64,000 nucleotides of DNA from Planctomycetota bacterium. Its GTDB lineage: Bacteria; Planctomycetota; UBA11346. The stretch covers positions 1 through 64,000 of the forward strand of contig JBBQSO010000005.1 of assembly GCA_038213805.1 (NCBI GenBank). The letters are read 5' to 3'. Positions 16,215 to 25,298 of this stretch are shown here, piece after piece. The notes under the pieces are model-generated. The model had not been told where the DNA came from. It searched no databases and worked only from the letters and a program-made list of their open reading frames with translations. Both the position numbers and the translations under genes were made by a program. Within the stretch, counting starts at the first letter, position 1. The number at the start of each line of letters is the position of its first letter.

Positions 16215-19200
16215 ATGGGCTTTGCCGGCAACCTCAGCACGCTGTCGCTGGTCGAGGTCTTCCAGACCATCAACCGCATCCGCGCCACGGGCGTGCTCCA
16301 CCTGGCGTCGGCCGAGGCCGGCCGCGAGGTGGCGTTCAGCGAGGGCGAGATCATCGGTGTCGCCTTTCGCAGCGGCGAGGAGCGCCAGGCGCTGCTGCGC
16401 CGCCTGATCCTGCAGGGCAAGATCGACGCGACCTCGGCGGCGGCGATCAGTACCTCGGGCAAGGACAGCCGGGTGGTCATCGACGCGCTCATCCAGCGCG
16501 GCATGGTCAAGGCCGAGGAGGTCGACGAGGCGGTGGCGCGTCAGAGCGAGGACGAGCTCTACAATCTCTGCACCTGGGAGTACGCCGACTTCATCTTCCA
16601 CGACGCCGCGCCCGAGAACGTCGAGGTGGTGGCGCTGGTCGACCACTTCAAGAAGCGTCCGCTGCAGCTTGGCGTCAACAAGATGCTGATGGAGGCGGCG
16701 CGCCGCCTCGACGAATGGGGACGGTTGCGCGCAACGATTGAACGCGAAGACGTCGTGCTGGGCGCGACCCCCGGGCGTGAGGCCGACTTGCTCGGCGCCA
16801 GCCGTGAGTACCCGGGATCGGCGGTCGTCCCGCTGATCGATGCGGTGCGCACCATTGAAGACATTGTGCGCGACAGCGTCGCCACCCGCCTCGATGTCTA
16901 CGGCGTGATCGCGGAGATCATCGAGGACGGTTTGGCCAGCGTGCTGTCGCGCGAAGACGTCCTGGCACACGCGGAGCACCTCGCCGCGTACGGCGACCAC
17001 ATCCGCGCCGCGCACCTCTACCGTCGCGCCCTCGCCGACCAGCCCAAGGACCGCGCCACCTTTGCGCGGCTCGCCGATTGCCTTGAGCAGCTCGGTGACA
17101 TCCCCGAGGCGGCGAGCAGCTACGCCCAGCTCGCACTCGGCTACCTTGAGGAGGAGGGCAACGGCGACGAGGCGGTCGCAGCCGGTCTGCGCGCCGTTTC
17201 GCTCGCGCCCGACGACCCGCGCCAGCGTCTAATCCTGGTACGCTGCCTGCTGGAGACCGGGGACCAGGCGGAGGCGATCAGCGAGCTGCGCACCGTGGTG
17301 GCGCGGTACCTCACGCTCGGTCAGCTCCAGGACGCGCGCGGCACCTGCCTCAAGATTCTCGAACTCGACCCCAAGGACGAGAATGCGCGCCGCGAGCTGG
17401 CGCGCATCTTCGCCAAGGCCGAGAAGGATCCCGACAGCGAGGATGTGGTGGTCTGCGTGCAGTGCGGGCAGGTCAACCACCGCGAGGCCGAGACCTGCAC
17501 CTCGTGCCAGGCGCCGCTGCGCCTGACCTGCCAGGGCTGCAAGCGCGCTGTCGCGGTTTCCGACCGGCTGTGCATCTTCTGCGGCGTGAACCCGCACGCC
17601 GGTGTGCTGCTGCAGCGCGCAGGCAGCCCGGCGACCTCGCGCATCATCGACCCGGCGCGGGTGCGCCAGGCGGTCGACGGCAAGCAGGGGTCCGCGTTCT
17701 GGCGCACACGCATGGACTCCTCGGTCAAGAGCGCGCGCGCCCTTGAGGAGCAGGGCGATTTCGTCGGCGCGCTCAAGGAGTGGCGCGAACTGGCCAAAAT
17801 CCAGATCGACAACGCCGACCTGCAGGCGCACATCCGCACCCTCGAGTCGCGCGCCAGCACGGCGCACACCGAGCAGACCATCGAGCGCGGCCACCAGCTG
17901 CGCCGTGGGCGGCGCTTCCGCGGCGCGATCAGCGCCTACCAGGTGGCGCTGCGCACCATGCCGGAACGTGATCCGCGCGCCGCGCGGCTACGCGAGATCC
18001 TGGCCGCCACCACGCGCACCTGGCGCAAGGTCTCGGCCGTCTATCTGGCTGCCGGCCTGATCCTGGTCGTGGTCGGTGGATTGGTGGCGCAGCCGTTCGT
18101 CCAGGTGCACCGCTTCCGCGGCGAAGTCGCGCTGGCCGCCCTCGAGGTGCCGAGCCTCGACGGCCTGCCCCCAGCCGCCGCCTTGCCGCCGATGCTGGCG
18201 CTGAGTGCACGCCTCGAGGATCTCGCGGCGCGCGGCCAGCTGCTCGGCCACAGCGCGGGTGCCGGCCAGGCGCGCATCGAGATCGCCGAACTCCAGGGCC
18301 AGCTCGAGTTGTCGCGCAGCCGCCTCGGCGAGCGCGCCTTCGCCGCCGCTCAGCAGGCGATGGAGGCCGGCGACCTGCCTGGCGCCAGTGCGCAGCTCGG
18401 CGCGATCCACGCCGCCTTCGGCTCATCCTTCGGCGCCAGCCGCTACCAGGCCCTGAGCGACCGCCTGACTGCACTGCGCACCCAGCGCGAAACCCAAGAC
18501 AAGGCGAGCCAGGAGGCCCCGGCACGGCTCGCGCTTGCCAAGCAGAAGGAGAAGGCCGGCGCGTCCGGCGAGGCGCTGGCCATCTATCAGGCGCTGAGCG
18601 GGGTCGGCGTGCCTGCAATCGCAACAGAGGCCAAGGCAGCCGTGGCGCGCCTTGCGCCCAGGCAGGCCGAGGTGCACGCCGCAATCGCCCAGGGGGCCGC
18701 GCTCGCCGCGAAGGATCTGATCAAGGCGGACAGCGCCCTCGCCGCGCTGGCGGCGCCCGCCGGAGTGTGGGCGCTCAGTGATGAGCTCGCCGGGGCGAGA
18801 GCGCCGGTCACCGCGCACCTCGCCGCGGCGGCGGCGGCCTTCAAGGCGCTCGGCGCCACCCCTGACCAGGCCGAGCTCGAGGGCTTCCTCTCCGCCCACG
18901 CAACCGCGCCCCAGGCCATCCAGGTGCGCCTGCGCCTCGATCAGCTCCACCAGTTCCAGCATTCCCGTGACGAGCAGATCGCCGCCTGGCGGCAGGCCAT
19001 CGCCACCAAGCACTATGACCAGGCATGGACGGTCACCAGCGCGCTGGTCGCCGATGGCGGCGCGCTGCCCGCCGAAGTCCAGCTGCCGCTGCTGGTCGAA
19101 AGCGAGCCGGCTGGCGCCGAGGTCGCACTCGACGGTCAGGTGCGCGGCCACACGCCGTGCCTGTTGCTGTTTCCCGCCGCCCTGCGCCGTGGCGGCGATG

Positions 19201-20291
19201 CCGGTAGGATCACCGTGGCCCTGCCCGGCTGGCAGCCCGTGCAGCGCCCGGCAGCGGAGCTGCTCGGAGACTGGCATTTCCACGCGCGTCTGGCGCGCGC
19301 CCCGCGCTGGCGCGCCGCGTTGGGCAAGCCGGTGACGCTGCTTGCAGCGCGTCCGGGCGGCGGCCTGCTCGCGCTCGCCGGCGACGCGCTGGTGGCGCTC
19401 GACGCCGCTGGCGCCCAGCGCTGGACCGGCAGCATCGCCAGCGCGGACGACCTCGCCGACGCCGCGCATTTCCGGCTTGCCCATGCACCGCTGGCGCTGC
19501 CCGATGGCAGCGTGGTGCTGGGCCTGCCAGAACGAGGCATGGTGCGACTCGACGACCAGGGCACGGTCGGCGCGCGCATCGCGACCGGCGCGCCGGTGCG
19601 CGGCCGCCCGGTGCTTTATGCCAACGACATCCTCGGCGGTCATCCCCGCCTGGCCTGGGCGGCGGAGGCGCTGGTGTGCGGTGACCTCGGCGGCGAGAGC
19701 GTGCGCATCCCGCTGCCCAGCCCGGCGCTGAGCGGTCCTCTGGCCATGCCCAAGGACCTCGACCGCATGCTGGTGGTGGCGACCAACCAGGGGCGCCTGC
19801 TCGCCTTCGAAGAGTCGACCCGGCGCAAGCTGTGGGACTTCGACCTCCAGATCGCCGAGGCCGGGCAGCTTGTCCCGGCCGGCGGCGACCTGGTGCTGGC
19901 GGTGCTCGACGGCAGCCGCCTGGCCTGCTATCAGGTCGCCCCGGCCGGCGCCGCGCTGCGCTGGACGGTGGCTCTGGGCGCTCCCGCCGTGGGCGAGCCG
20001 GTGGTCCTGGGTCGCGATATCTATGTCGCTGCGGGCGCTGCGATCCTGCGTTATGGTATGGATGGCGCCGCCGCCGCGCCCCTGGTCCTGCCGGCGCCGG
20101 CCACCACCGCCGTGGCGGCGGCGGGCGAACTGGTCGCCGTGGGCTGCCGCAACGGTGCCCTGGTGGTGTTCCGACGCCTCGCACCGGTGTGGAGCAGCAC
20201 CTGCGAGTCCGTGCCCGGCGCCGTTGCCATCGACGGCGCGGGCATCCTCTGTGGCCTGGCCGACGGGTCGCTCTTGGCATTCTCCCCCTGA
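16215..20291 (+). CDS. Large bitopic protein: DUF4388 - TPR - double zinc ribbon - TM - helical - PEGA - PQQ-type beta-propeller
   Basis: MGFAGNLSTLSLVEVFQ..RATGVL and LMEAARRLDEW (DUF4388); four CxxC pairs; TM VYLAAGLILVVVGGLV; VESEPAGAEVALDG (PEGA); Trp-docking propeller repeats. Confidence 0.8.
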   Translation: MGFAGNLSTLSLVEVFQTINRIRATGVLHLASAEAGREVAFSEGEIIGVAFRSGEERQALLRRLILQGKIDATSAAAISTSGKDSRVVIDALIQRGMVKAEEVDEAVARQSEDELYNLCTWEYADFIFHDAAPENVEVVALVDHFKKRPLQLGVNKMLMEAARRLDEWGRLRATIEREDVVLGATPGREADLLGASREYPGSAVVPLIDAVRTIEDIVRDSVATRLDVYGVIAEIIEDGLASVLSREDVLAHAEHLAAYGDHIRAAHLYRRALADQPKDRATFARLADCLEQLGDIPEAASSYAQLALGYLEEEGNGDEAVAAGLRAVSLAPDDPRQRLILVRCLLETGDQAEAISELRTVVARYLTLGQLQDARGTCLKILELDPKDENARRELARIFAKAEKDPDSEDVVVCVQCGQVNHREAETCTSCQAPLRLTCQGCKRAVAVSDRLCIFCGVNPHAGVLLQRAGSPATSRIIDPARVRQAVDGKQGSAFWRTRMDSSVKSARALEEQGDFVGALKEWRELAKIQIDNADLQAHIRTLESRASTAHTEQTIERGHQLRRGRRFRGAISAYQVALRTMPERDPRAARLREILAATTRTWRKVSAVYLAAGLILVVVGGLVAQPFVQVHRFRGEVALAALEVPSLDGLPPAAALPPMLALSARLEDLAARGQLLGHSAGAGQARIEIAELQGQLELSRSRLGERAFAAAQQAMEAGDLPGASAQLGAIHAAFGSSFGASRYQALSDRLTALRTQRETQDKASQEAPARLALAKQKEKAGASGEALAIYQALSGVGVPAIATEAKAAVARLAPRQAEVHAAIAQGAALAAKDLIKADSALAALAAPAGVWALSDELAGARAPVTAHLAAAAAAFKALGATPDQAELEGFLSAHATAPQAIQVRLRLDQLHQFQHSRDEQIAAWRQAIATKHYDQAWTVTSALVADGGALPAEVQLPLLVESEPAGAEVALDGQVRGHTPCLLLFPAALRRGGDAGRITVALPGWQPVQRPAAELLGDWHFHARLARAPRWRAALGKPVTLLAARPGGGLLALAGDALVALDAAGAQRWTGSIASADDLADAAHFRLAHAPLALPDGSVVLGLPERGMVRLDDQGTVGARIATGAPVRGRPVLYANDILGGHPRLAWAAEALVCGDLGGESVRIPLPSPALSGPLAMPKDLDRMLVVATNQGRLLAFEESTRRKLWDFDLQIAEAGQLVPAGGDLVLAVLDGSRLACYQVAPAGAALRWTVALGAPAVGEPVVLGRDIYVAAGAAILRYGMDGAAAAPLVLPAPATTAVAAAGELVAVGCRNGALVVFRRLAPVWSSTCESVPGAVAIDGAGILCGLADGSLLAFSP

Positions 20292-20313
20292 CTGCACGAC
20301 GAGGCCTCCTCCG

Positions 20314-23300
20314 ATGATCAATGCCATCCTGGTCGAGCAGTTCGCGGGCATCCTGCGTCAGCGCCAATCCGGCGTCCTGACCGTGATCGGACCGCAGTAC
20401 CGCCTGCGCTTCTGCCTTCAGGACGGCGATCCGGTCGCGCTCGATTTTGGCACCGACAAGCAGCTGCTCTTCGCCAACACCCTGCTCGAGTTCCACAAGC
20501 TCGGCCGGGACATGCATCAGGACCTGATCGAGGCGCGCCAGGCCGGCCAGGGCACGGTCACCGAGATGGTGCGCCGCCGCCAGGTGGTGACCGACGACGA
20601 AATCGGTCAGGTCACCCGCGCCATGGTCGAAGACGCGCTGGTGCGCTGCTTCGGCACCATGCATTACGAGGCTGGCCTTGACACCAACGACGGCATCGAG
20701 TCCTTTGACTTCGAGCAGAGCGCGGTGCGCCTGCGCATCGGCACGCAGATCCTGCTTGGAACGGTGCAGACGCGCGTCGCCGAGATCGAGCGCGTGATGG
20801 CGGCGGCCGGCGGCGGTCAGGCAGTGTTCGCGTTGACCGAGGGCGATTCCGGGTCAGAAAAACTCAGCGAATACGAGAAGCACGTCCTCGATTTCGTCGA
20901 CGGGCGCAAGACCGTCGAGGAGGTCGCCGTCGCCTTCCGAGAAAGCACGCTGAATATGGCGCGGCTGCTTACCGGCATGGTCGGCCGTGGCGTGCTCCAC
21001 CGTCAGACCCAGCTCACCTCCGTCGAGAGCGGAACCGGTTCGGCCAGCGGCGGCAGCCGCCGCCTGGCGCAGGTAGCGGGCGTCGGTGGGGGCAGCTCCG
21101 CGACCAGGCCCGGCCTGCCACCGCCCCAGCCGCGGCGCACCAACCTGCTCGTGCTCAGCCTGGTCCTGGCCGCCACCACCGGCGTCGGCGTGCTGGTGGT
21201 GCAGTGGCAGGCGCGCCAGCGCGCCATCGAGGCCACCGCGACGGCCTTCCACGATAACCTCGAGCAACGCCGCTGGAGCGATGCGCGCAAGCAGATCGAG
21301 ACCGGGCGCGGCCAGGCCGGCAACGACCTCGAGGCTCTCGACCGCGTCACCGCCATGGACGACGGCCTGACCCGGGCCCTGACGGCGGAGCGCGACACCA
21401 TCGGCCAGCTCATCGATGCCGGCGATTTCACCGGGCTCGCCAAGCGTGTCGCGGACCTGCCCGTGGATGCCGGACTGAGCGAGCTCAGCATCCACCTGCA
21501 GCAGGCCCAGGTGACCCACACCGAGCGCTCGGCTGCGCTCAAGGACCGCGTCGCGCGCCTGCTTGATGCCGGCAACGCGGCCGGCGCGCTCGCGCTGCTC
21601 GCCGGCGCGGCCCACCACGACGGCGACCAGGCCGCGGAATACCTCGCGCATTGGCGCGTCACCGCGCTCGAGAAGGCCTCCTCGGCGGCTACTCCGCTCA
21701 GCCAGCGCATCGCCCTGGTCGCGCAGCTGCGCACCGCCGAGCCGACCGCGTCGCAAACCGAACGCATCGCCGCCATCCAGGCCGGCTTCGCCGCGGTCGA
21801 GAAGCGCGTCGTCGGACAGCTGCACGCGCTTGATGCCCTGCTCGACCAGGGCGCCTACGACGAGGCCCAGGCCGAGTGGGACCGCGAACGCTTCGACGAC
21901 CAGGTGCGGGACACGCCCATGGCCCCGGCGGCCGTGATCGTGGGCAAGCGCATCGCTGCGCTGCGCAACGAACTCGCCGGCGCGGTCGACACCGCCCTCG
22001 CAGCAGCGCGGGACCGGGATGACCGCAGCGCCCTCGCCGCCGCCGCGGCCGCCGTGGATGCGCTGCTGGCGGTGCGCACCAAGGCATCGAACGCCGCCGC
22101 GCTGCACGCCGCGGCCGGCCTGGCCATGGAGCTCGGTGAGCTGCTCGCACCCCGCCCGGAGGAGAAGGGCCGTGAGCGCGGCGATGCGCGCCAGGCCGAA
22201 CTGATCGAGGCTTGGCTGGCCGAACACCCGCAGCCGGCGCCGCTCGCCAAGGTCGCCCGGGCGCGCGCCGCGCGCTACCGCCAGCACGAGACCGAGGCCG
22301 AGGAGATGTACGGCAACGGCCATACCCTGCGCACCCAGGGCGACTTCGCCGGCGCGCGCACGCGCCTCGAGGAGGTCGTCGCCCGTCCCGAGTGGAAGCG
22401 CACCGCCGCCCACGAGCTGGCGGTACGCGAACTCGACGAGCTCAGCGTCGCGGTATCGCGCCAGGAAACGTTGGCCCTCGAACTCGACCGCGCGATGGAC
22501 ACGGGCGACATCCCACGCAGCTACGCGCTGATCCGCGAACTGGGCATCAAGTATCCGCCGCTGCTGGTGCAGAGCGAGCCGCCGGGCGCCGAGGTCTGGC
22601 AGGATGGCAGGCGGCTCGGAACCGCGCCGCTCAAACTGCCGATCCCCGGTGGCGAGCGCGCGGCCGCGAGCTTCGAGCTGCGCCGCGACGGCTATATCAC
22701 GCGCACCATCAGCGGCAGCGCCGCCGAGAACGGCTGGCGCCTGGTCGCCCGTCTCGAACGCAGCGCTGTCCAGCGCCTCGAACTGGCCATGACAGTGACC
22801 TCGCGCCCGACCGTGCTCGACGGACGCGTCTGGGTCGCCAACCGCCAGCAGGCGGTGGCGTTGGCGATGGGGATGGCCAAGCCCGAACGCGTGCTCTTCG
22901 AATCGGCAGCAGCGTCGGCCGGGACACTGAGCCAGCCGCTCTACACGGCGCCGGTGCTTGCCGACGACGGCGTACTTTTCGCGACCCGCGACGGCATCGC
23001 TCTACGCGTCAACGGTAGCGGCGGCACGCGCAGCGTTGAACGCCTGCCGCTCGGTGGCCGCAGCGACCTGCCGCTGGTCTCCTACCGCAGCCAGAACATC
23101 GTCGGCCGGCGCTTCCTGATCATCGCCGGTCAGGACGGTGCGCTGCACGCCGTCGACGAGCACCATCCCGAGCAGGCCTGGAACGGCCCCGCCGGCGCGC
23201 CCTTCGCCGCCGCCCCGAGCCTGGTCGCTGAGCATGTCCTGACGCTGCGCCAGGACGGCCATCTGGAGAGCGTGCAGGCCGATGATGGCCAGCCCGCGCC

Positions 23301-23718
23301 GGGCGCCAATCTCGACGCCGCGGTGATCGCCGCGTGGGCGACTCCGAACGGCCTTGCCGGTTTCATCGCCGGGCGTTCCTGGACCTGGGACGGCACCAGC
23401 CTGAGCGGCGCCGATCTTCCCCAGCCCGCCGTCGCGGGCGGCATCGGCGTGTTCATAACCGCCGACAACCACGCCTGGATCCAAGGCGACGATGCCCAGC
23501 ACCCGTGGCGCGACCTCGGTCGCTTCGAAGGCAGGCTCGCCGCGGAGCCGCTCGCCTGGCAGGGCCACGCGGTACTACCGCTCGGCCACAGCCTGGTGGT
23601 GCTCGGGGCGAAGCCGTTCACCGTCACCGCCACCGTCGATATCCTTGCGCCTGCGCTGCTCGGCGCTCAGCTGGTGGTGACGACCATGGATGGGGTGGTG
23701 TCGATCTACGCGCCGTGA
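20314..23718 (+). CDS. Paralogous large bitopic protein: divergent DUF4388-like - TM - helical - PEGA - beta-propeller
   Basis: RQRQSGVLTV..LQDGDPV, LDFVDGRKTVEEV; TM LLVLSLVLAATTGVGVLVV; VQSEPPGAEVWQDG; propeller-like C-terminus. Confidence 0.75.
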   Translation: MINAILVEQFAGILRQRQSGVLTVIGPQYRLRFCLQDGDPVALDFGTDKQLLFANTLLEFHKLGRDMHQDLIEARQAGQGTVTEMVRRRQVVTDDEIGQVTRAMVEDALVRCFGTMHYEAGLDTNDGIESFDFEQSAVRLRIGTQILLGTVQTRVAEIERVMAAAGGGQAVFALTEGDSGSEKLSEYEKHVLDFVDGRKTVEEVAVAFRESTLNMARLLTGMVGRGVLHRQTQLTSVESGTGSASGGSRRLAQVAGVGGGSSATRPGLPPPQPRRTNLLVLSLVLAATTGVGVLVVQWQARQRAIEATATAFHDNLEQRRWSDARKQIETGRGQAGNDLEALDRVTAMDDGLTRALTAERDTIGQLIDAGDFTGLAKRVADLPVDAGLSELSIHLQQAQVTHTERSAALKDRVARLLDAGNAAGALALLAGAAHHDGDQAAEYLAHWRVTALEKASSAATPLSQRIALVAQLRTAEPTASQTERIAAIQAGFAAVEKRVVGQLHALDALLDQGAYDEAQAEWDRERFDDQVRDTPMAPAAVIVGKRIAALRNELAGAVDTALAAARDRDDRSALAAAAAAVDALLAVRTKASNAAALHAAAGLAMELGELLAPRPEEKGRERGDARQAELIEAWLAEHPQPAPLAKVARARAARYRQHETEAEEMYGNGHTLRTQGDFAGARTRLEEVVARPEWKRTAAHELAVRELDELSVAVSRQETLALELDRAMDTGDIPRSYALIRELGIKYPPLLVQSEPPGAEVWQDGRRLGTAPLKLPIPGGERAAASFELRRDGYITRTISGSAAENGWRLVARLERSAVQRLELAMTVTSRPTVLDGRVWVANRQQAVALAMGMAKPERVLFESAAASAGTLSQPLYTAPVLADDGVLFATRDGIALRVNGSGGTRSVERLPLGGRSDLPLVSYRSQNIVGRRFLIIAGQDGALHAVDEHHPEQAWNGPAGAPFAAAPSLVAEHVLTLRQDGHLESVQADDGQPAPGANLDAAVIAAWATPNGLAGFIAGRSWTWDGTSLSGADLPQPAVAGGIGVFITADNHAWIQGDDAQHPWRDLGRFEGRLAAEPLAWQGHAVLPLGHSLVVLGAKPFTVTATVDILAPALLGAQLVVTTMDGVVSIYAP

Positions 23719-23804
23719 GCGTGCGCCGGAATGCACTGTTCTCATGCGCCCAACGGTTCCGCGACGACCCGGGCTTGGCGTGATCGGACACGGGGGAGCG
23801 CAAC

Positions 23805-24068
23805 GTGCGTCGTCGAAACATCCTCATCTGGGCCGCACTGGCCACCGCCTGCGTCGGCGCCTACGTCGTGGCCTATGTGAGCTGGCGGAATGCGCATGGC
23901 CAGACATTCGAGGACTATCAGAGCTATGAGCCGGGAGTGCTGTCGGAAGAGCACGCGGGGGAATGGATCATGGGCGTGATGTCCTCGGAATCGCCCAGTG
24001 GCCGGTTTTTCGCGCCGTTGATCTGGGTGGATGAGAAATGGTTCAATCTCGTGATGGTGGCTGAATGA
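23805..24068 (+). CDS. Small hypothetical membrane-anchored protein (87 aa)
   Basis: GGGGAG upstream of GTG; basic N-terminus, one TM; FFAPLIWVD. Confidence 0.55.
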   Translation: MRRRNILIWAALATACVGAYVVAYVSWRNAHGQTFEDYQSYEPGVLSEEHAGEWIMGVMSSESPSGRFFAPLIWVDEKWFNLVMVAE

Positions 24069-24349
24069 TCGGACATGCGGGTCCGTGAGACCACTGGCGG
24101 AGCGACGACTGCTTCGACTGAGGTGATGGTCGGGCAGACACACCGAAGCTGCACGGTAAGCCCTTGATTGACGCACGGCTAGGACTACATGTCACGGCCA
24201 CTGCCGATGCCAACCACAGCTGCTCCTCTCGATTTTCATCAGGTGAGCGCCGAGTCGCATGCGCGCCACCGGGAATCCTACCGGAATGACGCCGCAGCGC
24301 GCGCAGCTCCACTTCATCGCTTGCCATCATTGCTGGCAGAAAGGCCTCT

Positions 24350-24685
24350 ATGACCGTCATGGTCCACTGCCGCGGTTGCGGCAAGGATATCCACGAGACC
24401 GCCGTCACCTGCCCCGCATGCGGCGCCCCCCAGAAACAGGTGATGGCCGGGGCTTCGCTCGAAAAGAAGATCCTGCCGGCGTTCCTGCTGTCGTTCTTCA
24501 TCGGCGTCTTCGGCATCCACCGCTTCTATGTCGGCAAGACCGGGACCGGCCTGATCATGCTGCTCGTCTCTTTGACGTTTTTCGGATTGATCATCACCAG
24601 CATCTGGAATCTCATTGATTGGATCATGATCATCAGTGGGAACTTCAAGGATGCGGATGGCAAGTACCTGAAGGAATGGACCTGA
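24350..24685 (+). CDS. Zinc-ribbon plus TM2 (NINE) domain protein
   Basis: CRGCG..CPACG followed by FFIGVFGIHRFYVGKTGTG and W.LID.I.I..G.FKDADG. Confidence 0.88.
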   Translation: MTVMVHCRGCGKDIHETAVTCPACGAPQKQVMAGASLEKKILPAFLLSFFIGVFGIHRFYVGKTGTGLIMLLVSLTFFGLIITSIWNLIDWIMIISGNFKDADGKYLKEWT

Positions 24686-24798
24686 TGGGGCCGGGCCTGC
24701 GCGCACTGGCACGCGTCTCTCTACTTTTTGGCTGACCCATTGGTCGGGCTTATCCCCCCGGCAGCTGCTTCAACCGCCGCTCTACAGAAAGATTGGCA

Positions 24799-25221
24799 AT
24801 GAGATTCGTCGTGGGCTGCCTCGCGGTGATCGGTTTCCTGGTCATCCTGGCGGTAAGCGGCTGCCTGGGATTGATCGGCTTCGGCCTGTTCCACGCAGCA
24901 CATAAACCTGCATACGCCGAAAAGCAGGCCATCGAAAAGGACTACCAGGAAGATCTGGCGAAGATCTCAGCGGAGTTGTCCAACGGCACGCCCAACTTCA
25001 GGAATGCGCGTCTGTCCAACGATATCCTGGCCATCTACGACGAGGACGTCGACCTGCTCGGCAGGTACAAAGGCGCAGCGAAGAATTACACCATCCTCAA
25101 TGGCTCAGGCACCGGCTCTCTTGAGCGGAGCGGCACCACGAACACGGCGATCATCTACGTGATCACCATCCAGGATAAGGCCTACAAGGTGTTCATCGCC
25201 GATCGGCATACCGATAGGTGA
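24799..25221 (+). CDS. Hypothetical membrane-anchored protein
   Basis: N-terminal GCLAVIGFLVILAVSGCLG hydrophobic anchor, soluble C-terminal domain. Confidence 0.65.
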   Translation: MRFVVGCLAVIGFLVILAVSGCLGLIGFGLFHAAHKPAYAEKQAIEKDYQEDLAKISAELSNGTPNFRNARLSNDILAIYDEDVDLLGRYKGAAKNYTILNGSGTGSLERSGTTNTAIIYVITIQDKAYKVFIADRHTDR

Positions 25222-25298
25222 CGGGGCGTGGCGGCGGGTGCCGCATGCTTCGCCATACGACGATTGCCGGTCCAGCGCCCGTCCGCTATGGTGGCTTC

